Translations under genes and position numbers: made by a program
Shown here: one piece after another, positions 1 to 13,060 of the stretch
Numbering within the stretch: the stretch's first letter is position 1
How the letters are laid out: each line of letters opens with the position of its first letter
Notes under the pieces: generated by a model
The model's database searches: none
The model's input: only the letters and a program-made list of their open reading frames with translations
Told to the model about the DNA's origin: nothing
Origin: Pavona decussata
Taxonomy: Eukaryota
Length of the DNA: 64,000 bases
Assembly (NCBI GenBank): GCA_977016875.1
Contig: CDRNST010000002.1
Location: 2,232,001-2,296,000 of the forward strand
Direction: 5' to 3'

Positions 1-865
1 CCCTGGCCTCAAAGTTGTTCTCTTCCTCTAGGAACATCTTCAAGGCCTGGTCCAGGCAGCAAAACAACTAGTCTAGAGAAAAAAAGGTCCAGGACTGTTG
101 TAAGGCACAGTGTGTCCACGGCCACGACCCCTTCCTCCATCGGCTTTTTGGAATGATGCCGGATTGAACAGTGGCCCAATGTTCTTTACATTTGGCGCCA
201 ATGCAGGGGACACAGTAACAACTGGCATAGAGGCAGGGCTGCTGAAGATGCAGTAACAGCTGGAACTGTATCTGTTGTCGTTGATGTGCTGGTTGAGCTG
301 GTAGTAGTCCAAGGGTTTTATCCTCTTGAATCGATCAACCCTGCTGTTAATCGCTGGCTGGTTTAACAATAAGAGAAGTGGTCACAATCCCTGAAGAGTG
401 TTGTTGTTCATGTTCATGTTCAGCAGCGTTTATGACTGGAATGTTTCATGACTCTATGAGTCGATGTTTCATGAAGCATCGCGTCATTATTTGGCAATGG
501 GATAAAAGTCGCCGCCAACCCTTGGAAATTTAGGACTCTTGTTTTCTGGAATTCATCTAGCTTAGTGAAATTAAGTAACAAAGAAGGCTTTGATAAGAAC
601 AAACAGACTAAGGTGCTGCTTATCCAGTATGGTAATGTTTGATTGATTAGTTAACAGCATCAAGAGAGATTCACACAAAGAGCAAGCATAATAGATAAGA
701 AACGTTGCTGAACAGTCTCTTCAATTTTTTGGTGTTATTGATCACTATAATCTTCTCATAACAGTTCTTTGGTATCGGCTAATGAAAGCAGCTGTGTGTA
801 TGAGATTGATTCTAAAATAATCAGTAAACAGTGTTCTCGTTTGTCTCACAGTACAGTCACTTTAA

Positions 866-1149
866 AGATGTAAATCACAGCGTTTCCCTTCTCCAGGTGA
901 TGAAGTCTGATAACGCGGCAACAGTTTGACTATTAAGAGCTACTGACTGTAAATATCAAAAATCTCACGACAGATAGAAAATTTCAGATTTTATTTTATT
1001 TTGCCTAAATGTTCCCTTTGGTGAACTATTTTCAAAAATCACAATTAAAAGTTCCGTGGCTCTTTCGTTTTTTCTAAAAAATTGAAAATTTGAATTAAGG
1101 GTGTCTGGCCCGTTTCAGCCCCCTGGAGAAATTGAAATATTGTGCATCT
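866..1149. mobile_element. Possible degenerate Kolobok-type MITE
   Basis: TTAA (862-865) then AGATGTAAAT at the left; ATTGTGCATCT then TTAG at the right. The TIR is short and imperfect. Confidence 0.3.
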
Positions 1150-2058
1150 TTAGCAGGCCTGCACACAGCAACGTGAACTACTTCTGTCTTTCTATGTTGG
1201 CTACAAGTAAATCTTTCTATTATCTCTTGTTAAGTGTAAAAATGAAGTCACAAGTCATATTTTTAATGTGCTAATTCACTAGTTGAAGATAGCGACCTTC
1301 AAGGGTTAGATTTCGAATTGAAATTAGCGCCGATTTCAGAGGCCTATATCTGTCCTAGCATATGTTTTCTGGCGCAAAACTATAGGTGAAGTCTAACCCT
1401 AATCCTTCCTTTTTACTCCCTCAAAGTGCCTTTTTTTGGCACGCCTAATGGTTAGCATCCGGAATGAAAAGTGTACAGCTGACGACAACTGTTGAAGAGC
1501 CAAAGGTCACGAACTTGTCGCGATGAACGTAGCAGGTGGGAAATGCTTTACTAATCTAATAAAGTCAGGAACCATGGATTGTCACTGATTGTCGGTGATT
1601 TGATTGATTAAAGTCGAATGTAAACTGAAATGCAATGCAAAAGATTATACAGACTAATTACTTAAATGTTTGCGGTGAACCAAGATAGCAAGAATCACGA
1701 ATGCGCAGATACACAGTTTTACAATTACAAAGAGCTAGTAGCTAAATTACAAAAAGGCGAAATCGAAACTGATCAAAAATCTATGTACTTGTTCTTAGCT
1801 AAATAGCATGCGTAGAGAAGTCTTGACAAAAATTAAAATCCTAAAGCACTATTTGAAACTACAAGTACATGATAACAAAGGCTGTGCTTGCGGAAATGCC
1901 GTAACAAGCGAAACATGGCAGCTTGAAAGTGAAAAACCAAGTTACTTGAAATGTCCAAAAGCACAAAGGGAGCTAAGACTACATGTAAGTTATTTGTTTG
2001 TAGTTCTAAAAAGGACGTAAGGGCAAGATTAAAGACTAGGGCGTTGTCACATGCTTAA

Positions 2059-2826
2059 GGTGGCCAAACACAATTTGCGTGCGCTTTACAGATTCTGTTA
2101 GTGATGCTATTAAGCGTGCGCTAGGGTTGTGGTAAGCAAATACTTTCGATCCCTCAATTTTATACCAAATGGATCACAAAGGTAAGTTTTTGCTCTTAAA
2201 ATAACAGTTTCTCGTTTGTAAATCCTTCTTCATCTATCGCCGAACGAGGAAAGTTAGTTCACAATGAGCTAAGCCTTTTGTATGATTTTCATCTTTGCTG
2301 AGAAAACCTGATTAAAAGCCACACATGTGCATTTGAGCAAAAAATTGAGACTGGTTGTTTTAATGGAAATGAACTGTTTTCTAAAGAACCGCTTGTTAGA
2401 ATTTCGTGAAATTTGACAAAACAGTAGTTTTGTAAGAGCGTAACTGGCCTACAAACCAAAAACAAAATCTAACAGAGGGTATCTTCAAAAAACATTAAAG
2501 TGCAAAACCAACATCTACAGGAGATCTCTCTGTTAAAATTACATGAAAATAGCGTCACTATGTCAGTATTTTGTGAGTTTTTTGAATACAAAAAATGGAA
2601 AAAATCTTATGAGTGCATTTTCTAAAAATTAAGGAAAACCATTATTTGTGGACGGTTAATAGCTTGCTGCATTGCCGTGGCAACGGCACCTTGCTTAACG
2701 AGAAGTATCAAAATTTATTCCTTCTTAGTTAATCTTGCGCCATGTTAATTTTGGGTACTCTGAAGTATGTAGTTTTCAAATAATCTCTACTAACATCTGT
2801 ATACTGCAAAACTGTGTTCGGCCACC
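2059..2826. mobile_element. Non-autonomous Kolobok-type element (MITE), 768 bp
   Basis: TIRs GGTGGCCAAACACAATTTGC and GCAAAACTGTGTTCGGCCACC; perfect TTAA at 2055-2058 and 2827-2830. RR termini plus TTAA TSD is the Kolobok signature. Confidence 0.8.
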
Positions 2827-3598
2827 TTAACTTAAAGTGCACGCTAAAGGAACTAAAAATATTGAGCACAAGAAAAACTAATATCCTAGACGAGTACCTG
2901 TAGACAAAAGTATTAAGATAATTGTACTTACACATCAGTTCCCGCTTGTGCTCTAAAAGGCCAAGGATGACTTAAAGACTTCCCTTACCAAAATACTCTT
3001 ATCAAGGCGATACGGTACTTAGGACTAAAAGGCTAATGGCAAAATGCTGCTATTTCCTACAAAATGTTTCTACGTGCAAAGCTAATGATGTAATACTAAA
3101 TAAACGAAATTAGCGAATCAGGAGGGGTCACTTGTAATCATTATAAGTAGATAAGCCTCATTAGGTGTTCTCTACATGTAGCTTTAAAAAGGTGATTCGG
3201 ACGCTCGCATTTAGAGGTCGTGAAAAATGCGACAATTAATAATTTTGTTTCAAACTTTTTGGTGTACTTTGATAGCCAGCTCTATAAGCTTTAATTTGAC
3301 ATAGGGGTTTAGGTATCTACAGTTTAAACTGGACGCGCTACATCACTTAAAGGCGGGACACCTCTGAAGATATAGGGTAACCTTAAGATACAGCTGATGT
3401 GGTGTTCAATTGCCCTCTGTCAAAAGCTTGTGGTTGTTGCAGGAACATTTCAACAGTTTCAGTGCCTGGTTAATTAAAGGAGTGAAAGTAAAATGCAAAC
3501 AGAGCATGTCATCATCATTGTCAGAACTAAAAATTCCAGTGTCTTCATAAAATAAAACAAATTGTACAAAAGAAGTTGATACAACGAAAGTAGCTGCA

Positions 3599-4305
3599 CT
3601 ATAGCTGCTCAATACGCTGGTTGTGAACAGGGCTACCAGTAATTTGACTCCCCCGCCTCTTTCCTACATAAGCAATGATTTGTTGTGCCACTTCCACATT
3701 CTCCATGGCATGATTGGATCGTACTCTGGAGGGCCAGCGAAATTCCACCATGGCAGACAAAGAACGTCCCTTAATGGTATCAGCGTGATTGTTTGTTGCA
3801 CAAACCAAGTAAACACATAGACGCAAAAATCCATCAATTTCGCTATGCACAATGAATTTCCAGCAAATAGCTTGTGGTTTCCGTCAAGGTGCCAGAGAGA
3901 GTTTGGGCCAGGAACTTGATATTGCCTTTTTGCAACCACGTGCTGAAGTCTTCCATGGATGTTAAGGCTGTTTTCTTGATGCAGCGATGCCTGGACCCTC
4001 TCTCTCTCTCTCTCTGTACATGAATTCCTCTGCTTTCCATCTCCCCGTGAGCCATTTGAATACCACTGAAAGGAAGTTGTCCCACAATATCCTGCACAAA
4101 ATATAAAATCAGGGTCAGAAATGGCCGTAAATCTTGGCATATCATTGTAGCGAGTCCAAGCAATCAACAGTGGACGTTTAAAGTACTGATTCAGACGCCC
4201 AACAACTCAGCTATCTCCATCCATTTGAATGAAAAGTCCTTGAGGTAGCTGATTGCGGATGCGTAATGATGAAGCCAGGTCGGCCTATACTTCCTTGTTC
4301 CATCA
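3599..4305 (-). pseudogene. IS3EU-type integrase-core (DDE) transposase remnant, frameshifted
   Basis: Motifs across frames: FSFKWMEIAELLGV (HTH), RQYQVPGPNSLWHLDGNHKL, IDGFLR.CVYL.CATNN, WPSRVRSNH..EN, RGSQITGSPVHNQRIE. Confidence 0.7.
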
Positions 4306-4382
4306 GGCATCGAAATCTTACAGAATGAAGGGTTCTCATTTTCTCAAAAATCCGAAGTAGTAGCACTTTCAGTGACACCTCT

Positions 4383-4537
4383 AGTAAGATACGACAAGAT
4401 GAAAATATACAGGGAATAAAAATCCACAGTTACGAATTCCAAATTAGCTAATTTGCTGATGACACCTCCTTATTATGTTAAGGTCTTAATTTGGTTGAAA
4501 ATGTTATTGCCTTTCTTAATGTCTTTGGACGTATATT
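4383..4537 (+). pseudogene. L1/Tx1-clade reverse transcriptase fragment
   Basis: Manual translation: SKIRQDENIQGIKIHSYEFQIS*FADDTSLL...VIAFLNVFGRI, containing the FADD motif in an L1/Tx1 context. Confidence 0.65.
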
Positions 4538-4880
4538 GCGTTTTTGATCAAGAGTCATTATAATGCATGTGAGTACAAGCGACAGACTTTTTAATCATTG
4601 TACGAAAATGGGCTCTCATGAATTCTTATAGGGACTTAAGTCATATTTACAAACTTTTTTATATTTAATTTCTAATGATAAATTTGTGTTTGCAAGGCAA
4701 GTTTCGAAATCAGAGTATCTTGATAACTTCATTTTTATTTTGTTATTTGGCAAAACATTTCCGGGTGCCTTCCCACTGGGACGTAAAACTGGATTCCCCT
4801 CCCTTGTCACCTGTTGTAGTAACTCCTAATGCTGTAGCCTGGATACCCTCAACTCTTAACTTTGAAACCTGGTTGAACAT

Positions 4881-5333
4881 TTAAGTATTCAAGGGTGACA
4901 CAACCACCACAACAGATGGTCCAACGGTGTCAACAGTTGACTTCGCGTCTCTTTCCTTCAATAAGCCAGGCAAAACTTGGAACACTAATGATTTGCCATA
5001 GCCTGTTGGAAGTACAGCTACCAAATCTCTTTTTAGTTGAATGGTTTTTAAACAGGTGAATTGTTTAACTTTCAAAATGATGTTATCGAACCCAATTAAA
5101 AGCAACATGCTTTAGAGATAGCTCAGAAATTTGAGCTTCATTTTGAATCTCTCTTCGATATTTCTCTCTCCCCTAGATAGTATTACATTGTCGTGTTAAC
5201 AAAATTTGGTAATGGACCTAACCTCCCTGTGGTTTGATTGCTCCACCTGGTCAAGTGATAAACTTCACTCAGGGTCTCTCTCTCTCTCTCTCTCACGTGG
5301 GCGGGAAGAAAAGAGACCCTGGGAACGATGTTG
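4881..5333 (-). mobile_element. AcademH-like terminal fragment carrying a RecQ-type helicase N-terminus
   Basis: RDLVAVLPTGYGKSLVFQ (motif I) and VVVVVSPLN (motif Ia); adjacent hairpin terminus CAGGGTCTCT...AGAGACCCTGGGAACGATGTTG ending at 5333. Confidence 0.55.
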
Positions 5334-5859
5334 CTAAAGGCTCGTCTTCAGGGTTTAATGATAGAATTTATCGAGCCCACGCCCTCTTCCTCTGAATGCA
5401 AGAACGCTTCATCAGACGAAGATGATTCAGAAGTTGAGAATTTATTCTCTGTCATTTTCGACAGAGCAAATCTGCTAAGAATATAGCTCAAAAGTAGTTA
5501 GCTTATGAGGTAATACTGAATACTGAACAATATTGTATTATATATACTTAATACTGAATACTAATACTGAACAGTGCTTGTTGTCTAAGGGAAATGTTTA
5601 TCCAGGTAAAAGTCAATTTAACCAACAGCCGTAGGTTTATTTGTGATTAAATGAACACTGATTCAACCAAAAGTATTAAGTAGTAAGTAACTCAGGAGCT
5701 CCTAGCTAATATATACTAGCACATCAAATTATGTAAACAAAGGTAAGCGACGAACTACGCGCGATCACCTTCGCATATTTTTCCTTTTCTGAAGAAAATC
5801 GGTACTTAAAAGAAAGAGTTAGGTTAAACGAGCATAAAAGAAATTTGTGTACAAATATA

Positions 5860-6758
5860 CCTGGTGTTGGACATCGTCTTCCCCAGCATTTCCAACAATG
5901 GTTGAGGCATTCAAAGGTAGATCATTCTAAAAGAAATTTGCCACCTTTAGAAAAGTTCTTGTAACTTGGAAGCGGCAATGAGGTATCTAGGATTGTCAGG
6001 ACGTAAATAAAAATAAATCTGGAAAAACGCTATCGAACATAAAGTTGTTTACGTCTTTTTCTGGCGAAGACTGCCTTTGTGATGGTACTGTAACAAAATT
6101 TAGACCACGATGGTTTTTTCCCTCAGATTCCCTTGCACTCTTGGCCAAGGTGCATGGCACAGACGGTGATATTTCTGTACAACTCTTCACTGTTTCGAAA
6201 GAACTCTGACTTTCACTGATAATTGTTTTGAAGGAAATAAAAATTTTCAAGCGTCTTTCACCAAGCCTACATAATAGATGTGGAACAATTTATCTTGTCT
6301 CAACGGCGACCATAGTTGTCCTCAGCAGCGGCGAGCAATGCGCAATTTCCTTTTGCGTAAATGTTCTTCGAGCAAGATGCGTCTCCAACTGATTTACAAA
6401 GCCTGCAACAACTGATATTTGCAGTAGTGGAAGATTTACTGAGGCCCTATGCGCCACCTTGGCACCAGGGGACAAGTAAAAGTAAAGGAAGATTTACTGA
6501 TCTTTTTGGGCGTCCGCTGAATACTCACGGTTGACATAACTCAGTCCGAAGTGCTTCACGTGTAGTTTGTTTTGATTGCCGACAAGCTACGCTTCCCAGT
6601 GGAAAAAGTGGAGACAAACTCCACACTTACCTGCCCCTCCCTCAAACCGCTTATTTGTAATCTGCTAAAATTTGGAAGACACGTGACCAGCCCAAACCAG
6701 GGTCTCTCCTCTCACGCTTTCTGGGAAGTGAAGAGGAGAGACCCTGGGAACGAGGTTG
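5860..6758 (-). mobile_element. Second AcademH-like terminal fragment with a degraded Cys-containing ORF
   Basis: Same terminus family (CAGGGTCTCTCC...GGAGAGACCCTGGGAACGAGGTTG, ending at 6758); broken ORFs 5996-6475. Confidence 0.45.
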
Positions 6759-6759
6759 C

Positions 6760-7095
6760 AACTTTGACTGGTAAAACTCTTGGCTTTGTATAATATAGTA
6801 CTTGTAGTCATGCTCTTTTAAATAGTGGTCGAAGGCTGCCAACATGGATTTTAAACTCAGGTTTGTACTCAAACCTGTCTTCTGTACATTTTTCTGTGTA
6901 GAAGATTTTCAATATTTTATCCAGTTGTTCGTGCTCATATTTGTCCATTTTTGGGTTTCCTTATCTTTCAGTTGCTAGTGCTTGCCAGCCAATTTAACCA
7001 GGTCTGTGTAGCATTCAGCGTGTTTTTTGTTTTTTGCATTTGCTTTAAATTGCTCAATGATGTTTTGGTTTGACAAGTGGAAATCTGCTGCCCAA
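6760..7095 (-). pseudogene. Crypton (CryptonA/DUF3504-associated) tyrosine recombinase N-terminal fragment
   Basis: KNTLNATQTWLNW...LDKILKIFY...EYK(P).SLKSMLAAFDHYLKEHDYKY.I....EF matches the KCTD1/QRICH1/ZMYM-like Crypton N-terminal region; cut off at 6758 by the element above. Confidence 0.6.
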
Positions 7096-7593
7096 GCAGT
7101 GAAAGCCTGACCCTGTTTATGACAAAGTATTTGCACTTTTCTTACCTTGTTTATGACATGAATTAATTTTTTGATAAGGAAAAAAAATGTAAATTTCTTA
7201 CTTGCTAATCCGTTTTAACAATTCGTAGGTAGTCAGAGAAAAATAGACGTATTCCTTCCCCCACCCGCCCTCCATGGGGGGAAAACGCGTGAAGAGCCCT
7301 AAGAGTCATCGTAACTATTACAATTCAAAGACCATTCCAAACTATTATAAATTAAAGCCACCTTATAGTTAAGCCCATGGCAACAATGGCCACTTTCATC
7401 GCCATATCCACGAGTTAACGATAGTGTCACTTTGATTAAACTTTTTTGTTTCCATGCGTGGCCCTGCGCTTGTAGTCATGCTTTGAGCTCACGCACTGCT
7501 GAAGTGCCGTTACACAGGCTAGGGACTACTAGTAATCTAGAAAATTCTAGGAAGAAATTCTTTTTTTTACATTAATTTTTTTAAACTATTGCT

Positions 7594-8200
7594 TATATTG
7601 CACTGCGGCACCAATACATAACATATTTTTCCCATTGCTCTCTCCTTGTTATTGAAATTAAAGGGTTATATCCTATCTTTGCAAAAAAAAAAACACTCTG
7701 AAATAGATGTGCTCAACTGAAACATCTAAAATTTTCCTATTTTCTAAAAGTGGATGAAGCAATATATCCAACATGAAACCAGCCAGTGCCAAAATCCATG
7801 TCAATTGCTATGGCGTTGTTGTCTCTTTCATTTGTTGGTTCTGGCCGGAAGTTTACTTGAACTGGATACTTGTCTTTGTGCAGTTTTCTTTCTGCTGCTG
7901 TCAGAAAGGCTTGATGTGGCTTTTCATGTGCAGCACCAATACACTTAAATCCCAATTTGTGCTGCACACTTTCGTCATCACTTCCACCATTCTCACTGCC
8001 ACCATAAGAGCTTTGACTTGACTCAAGGTCACTGCATGGAGGATTGCTTGTAGTTTGTGCATCTGGCCCTGAAAGTTTACACAATTTTGTTAATTGATAT
8101 GCAAATCAATTCAAATTATGAGTTAGGAGATATACTGTACCCATCTTGAGCCCAGACTTCTCAGGCTCTTTGTTAGTGCTTGGTGACTCCTAAAGAAACC
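7594..8200 (-). pseudogene. HIRAN-domain protein remnant, probably the end of a spliced TE-associated gene
   Basis: FKCIG...VQVNFRPEPTNERDNNAIAI...WFHVGYIA (HIRAN EPxNxxDxNAI...VGY); broken continuation IGYNPLISITRREQW near 7620-7680. Confidence 0.55.
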
Positions 8201-8639
8201 TATATACAGTTTCTAAATTATGTTATTGATTGTTTGCAGAACAAATTTGTTTGAATATATTTAGAATTTTTTATTGGCTGTTGCTCTGTAAATGACCAAT
8301 TTACACAACCCAGCTGGTGACTGTCAAAAGAGTCTGAGAACTCTGGTCTAAAGACTAAAGGTGTACAAAATTTAAATATAGTCCCATATAGAGTTATGTG
8401 AAAGATTGATTTGTAATTTGGTTGCAAAGGTTTCTGTAGTCGCATGTATAGTATACACATGGAGACAAAATTTGTGGGTAAGTGTCCCATTGAATAGTTT
8501 CAGTTTCAATTTGATGAAAATGAGTACTACTGCGAATATTACAGACAGTGGCCCTTTAAACATTCACAGTTACCAACAATTTGTAACACACAACTGATGT
8601 AATTGTCAGTGATACATTTACATGTATATGAAACATCCT

Positions 8640-9008
8640 GTAGGCGGGGACCCTCGGGAGAGGTGTCCGCTTATGGGGCATTAAGACTACAGGGATTGCA
8701 TTTGCTTGGGACCTGGAACCACGACTAAGGCTATGTTTACATGGGACCAGACTGAAACCATTGCGAACCAGCTTCCATTTCCAAGGTACTGTTGGGAATT
8801 GTTTCAGGTTTTTAAACGGGATCTTTCTGGAACCAATCTATAATTGATCCAATACTGGACCTGTAAAACTGGAGGCCCAGTTTTGGGTTGGTTTTCTACC
8901 AGTTCCAGAATGGCCGCATGTATTCAGAAGGCCTATCTGGCTAAACCCAGTGTAAACATTGCCTGAGTGTCCGTTTGAGAGGGGTGTCTGTTAGCAGAGA
9001 CTCAACCG
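8640..9008. mobile_element. pogo/Tigger-type MITE end, interrupted by a Harbinger MITE
   Basis: GTGTCCGCTTA-like subterminal repeats resembling those of the 17299 element; ends ...CTCAACCG followed by TA. Confidence 0.45.
8729..8963. mobile_element. Harbinger-type MITE, 235 bp
   Basis: TIRs GGCTATGTTTACA and TGTAAACATTGCC; flanks TAA and TGA (3-bp TSD with one mismatch). Confidence 0.6.
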
Positions 9009-9485
9009 TACTCGCCCATTTTCCATACAGGATTACAAACCTTACCTTCATCCTGGCTTTCTTCACGCATGCTTGGCCGAAAAATATGCCATTCATCTCC
9101 GGAAATGAAGCACAGTTGCATTTTACAGATAATCTCTCCAATTCCAAGAATGGAGCCACTGGCAGGGTCTCTTCTAGTACCTTTGGAGGCTGTGAATTAG
9201 CAGTTTGAGACAAAACTTTGTGCACTTCAAAATCCCATATAAGCAACATATTTTTCTCGTCATTCTCCTCGGGGTCGAACTGGAAACAAAAAAAAAAAAA
9301 AACACTAGCAAATAAAATGGCCTGTGCCTCTTGAGTTTTGATTGTGTCCATATCACAACTCATAGCGGAGCTCCGACCTCTTCAGCATCTGGGTTCAAAT
9401 GAATGCAATCAACATTTTGTCCCATGATCCTTTGCGCACTGCTGTCCAACCTCCTCGAAAATGTCAAGGTCCTTTTAAAAATTCT

Positions 9486-9800
9486 TCAGTTGGTGGGGGT
9501 TCCTTCATTCCAATGGTGGGAGCAATTTGCTTTGGGTGAAAACCTGTTCACTTTGCCAGAAGGCAATATGAAACTGTGCTCTTCTATGCGGTGCGCCTGT
9601 GCAGCATTTTTGGTACAAGGAATGGGAAGTAGCTGGAGGTTTTTTTCTTCCTTCCATAACCGCATGGAATTTCTGAGGTCTTTAAGAAAATTTCCTGTGA
9701 CCTTGCTCTTTTTCTCCTTAAGCTTTGACTTTCTTGTCAAGTGCATGTCGTGGTCAATCACAGCTAACATCACTCTCATGATGACGTAAGGATACGTAGT
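9486..9800 (-). pseudogene. Possible Kolobok-type transposase C-terminal fragment
   Basis: YVIMRVMLAVIDHDMHLTRK resembles the 'R..LA.(L/I)(D/H).N....R' block seen in the 35-42 kb Kolobok (RHILASLHFNENVKR). Confidence 0.35.
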
Positions 9801-9949
9801 AGATGGTGATCACATAATAATATAACTTATTATTTTTATCTTTCTGTTATAACTCCACTGATATTTGATTTGGATGGTGCTGGGTGGTTGTTGCTCATAG
9901 GGGTGTCATGGTTAAGCACCTTGCTTGACTCAGTTCACCTGTTGCTTAA

Positions 9950-10560
9950 GGTGCCCCTAACCGTTCAATTTGTTTTCTTTTGGTAGATTTCCATATCTGT
10001 CAAGAACTCATTTTCGAAAAAAAATTTGAGAAATATTAAATCCTTTTTTTACAAGAGCTAGAAGTGAAGGCAGTGTTGTCGATATTTTCACCTATTGTTC
10101 GCATTAGTCCCCCACTAGGCCAAATGTGTCCAAATATGGAGTGTGACGTAAGAAAAGGACATCATGCAAAATTATCCGAAGATTGGCGGTAATGCTTCAA
10201 TTGTAAACAGAGAAAATGGTTGAAAAATGTGTGGTTTTTGGATGCAGCAACTCTCGAAATGTAGAGAAAGGAATCAGCATGAATAAGATTCCTTCTGAAT
10301 CCTTCTGGTGTCCTTTTCTTAGGTCACAGCTAAGAAAGTGTCAAATATTGGTCGCTTCTCATTGGCTCGTTCCTAATTAGCCCACAAGACAAAAATTTGT
10401 CCAGCGGGGCTTAAAGGGCGCAAAAATTTAAAAATTTCAGTAACTTTTAGCGCTCGTAAAATAAAAGGATTCAATATTTCTAAAAAAACATTTTCGAAAA
10501 TGAGTTCTTCACAGTATGGAAATCATACCAAAAGAAAACAAATTGAAGGGTTTGGGGCAC
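9950..10560 (+). mobile_element. Kolobok deletion derivative with long TIRs and a THAP N-terminal remnant
   Basis: TTAA at 9946-9949 and 10561-10564; imperfect TIR of about 70 bp (GGTGCCCC.AACC.TTCAATTTGTTTTCTTTTGGTA...CTCATTTTCGAAAA); internal MVEKCVVFGCSNSRNVEKGISMNKIP from 10216. Confidence 0.75.
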
Positions 10561-11240
10561 TTAAACCAGCAATCTTCAAGCAAATCATTAGCTAACTTTT
10601 CCGTGGTAAAAACAATAAAGACCACATTTCCAGGCTAGGTACTGTTAATGGTTCCAATAAAATCATGACTTAGAAGTTGGCCACACACTTGGAAGTTGAA
10701 ATTTTGCAATAAAACCACACTGCTATGACAAAGCTACATAAAAAAAATGTATATAAACAGAGGACCATACTTCTTTGGTCGCTCAATTTTCTTTATTATA
10801 TCCATACTGCAGATCCCTACGCTTGGAGCTTTTATCAAAGTGGTAAAGAAGGTTTGTTGGCAGTATTGACTTAAAGCACTCGACAAAAGTTTATAACTGA
10901 ACTAATTTCTTGGCCATCTGTCGGCAGGTATATTTTTACTTCATTAACTTCGTCTTGTGAATAAGGGGCGGGTGGCACTAGTGTAAAATGTTGTTTATTT
11001 TGCAAAAAAATCTGTCATCATGTAGGGTTTGCTAGTGCGACCTCTAGTTAAAAAATTACAAAAATGAGCGGAATGCACGAAATGTTCAAAGATACCGCCA
11101 CTTGAAATTGGCGAGCTCTAGACCTCGCCAAAATGTCACAAAACATCAAAAAAGCTCTTAAGATGTCAATCATCACGTAAATAGAAATCAATAGCGCAGT
11201 AAAATCAATTTTCTTGCGAGTTTAGCGCCATTTTCCTGAG

Positions 11241-12165
11241 ATGGATCCTATGTGGCCATATGCAAACTCTGGTGCTTTCAGTTACCTTCCATTCAATCAG
11301 CGAGCTTCCATCAGACAAGCAAATGATGTCAACCGTCCTGCAGTTCATTCGATGAGCCAGCCAACCTTCAGCCCTGCATATTCCACACTGCATCCGGCGT
11401 ACAACCCTCGTGGCTCTGGCTCTGGCTCTAGTTCCAACTCCAGCTCCATCGGTGAAACTCCTTTGCTGATCGATCGCAAAGAAGAGATTCAGATAACAAG
11501 CCCTGCTTCAAGCAAGAGGTACGACAGGTGGAAAAACGAACAACAGAGCTACTTGGTCCAGCTCTGGGCAGATAAGCAGGACCAGCTCAGTAGCAAGGAT
11601 TCCGAGTGGCTTGGCGGGACATTGCCGAGCTGATCAACTTGAAGTTTGCCACCTACAAGACAATCGATAAGTGCCAACGAAAAATGAAATATTTAATCAA
11701 TGCCTACAAAGAGAAGAAAGAGTGGAACAAGAATCAGACGGGTGGAAACCTAAGGAAATCTGTGTTCTACGATGAGATCGATGCTGTTTTGGGGTGCCGT
11801 GATATCCTGACTTTGCGCCATGTCTTAGACGCAGGGGCTCATGATTCATCAACGCGATCGTCTTCCTCAGACAGCGAGACAAGCCCAGTGAATGTGATCC
11901 GAGAAATAAAACGGGAAAATAGACCATTGCTACGCCAAAGACTCGCACAGAACAAAAGAAGGGGCAAGGAAAATGAAAAAGGAAGTTGGAGGATGCCAAT
12001 GATGAAGAGTACGAAGTGCACCACAAGCGCACTATTGATGACATCAAAAGTCAAGGTGAGCGGGTGGTTTCTTGTATGGAAAAGATGCAGGAAATGCAAA
12101 TGCAGCAAATGCAGTTTATGAATCAGTTTATGGGGAATTTTCTCCAGGCATTTAAGGACAAGTAA
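11241..12165 (+). pseudogene. Harbinger Myb/SANT-like DNA-binding protein, two frameshifts
   Basis: RWKNEQQSYLVQLW.../AWRDIAELIN...KTIDKCQRKMKYLINAYK...SVFYDEIDAVLG; convergent with a Harbinger transposase. Confidence 0.75.
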
Positions 12166-12521
12166 TTTGAAATTTACCACTATTTTTATTATGTATATTA
12201 CAAGCTTAAGCATGGCGTTACTTTAATTTGCGTTACAAACTATACATCGTGCAGGAAAAGATTATTATACTGACATTAAGGAAAATGAAATTTTAAATTG
12301 TTTTTTTTTTCGGATAAACTAAGTCTGTAGTTTTTGCATTTTCTTTTCACTAGTAATAATTATACAGATGTTCAACAATAAAATTATTTACCATTTGTAG
12401 CATTGCACTGTTCTGATTATCATTGAGCCAGTAATTTTGTTTCTTCTAAATGTTTACCGTTTGGAAGCCTATGTACAAGCCGGATTTACCGATTAAACTT
12501 CTACGATAACAAAAGCCAGGT

Positions 12522-13060
12522 TTACAAGGACGAAATATATGCTTTTAAAATCTCCCTTACGTTATCTCCATCGTGCATTGTATTAACATCATCATCAGCG
12601 TTATCGTCACCATCATTTCCATCGTCGTCCCAATCATCACCGTTCATTATGCAGAAGTTATGGAGTACTGCACAGGCTACTACACTCTTGACTGCAAAGT
12701 CAATGCTACTGTCTAAACGCTGAGCTAAAATCCTCGATCGGCTCATCAAAATACCAAAGGCACATTCTATAGACACTCTAGCGGCAGTCAGCTCCTTATT
12801 AAATGCAATCTCATCCCGGTCTCTAGTAGCCTCGGAAATGGTTTCTGCAGCCATAGTGCAAGTGGATAAGTGCTATCCCGCACCAGATAAGGCCGAATAA
12901 CATGATGACTTACTTGTGCAGTGGGGTTTGTCAGAACTTCATCACCTTCTGCGCATCTGTACAACGTGCTGTTCCTCAATACTCGTGCATCGTGTAGGCT
13001 ACCAGGAAATCCTGCAGCAAAATCAAGGAACACTTTCCTACCGTCCACTACCCCTTGGAC
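12522..13060 (-). pseudogene. Harbinger (HARBI1-like) transposase, C-terminal half, frameshifted
   Basis: GFPGSLHDARVL, LVRDSTYPL, ARVSIECAFGILMSR, CAVLHNFC. Confidence 0.85.

Noticed and set aside
73-369. 98-aa ORF with an RGRGRG tract, possibly a DIRS/gag tail
   Set aside because: No zinc knuckle or RT motif is visible and it sits at the window edge; cannot be supported.
3190-3385. Possible Kolobok right end (...GGGTAACC-TTAA)
   Set aside because: No matching left TIR was found.
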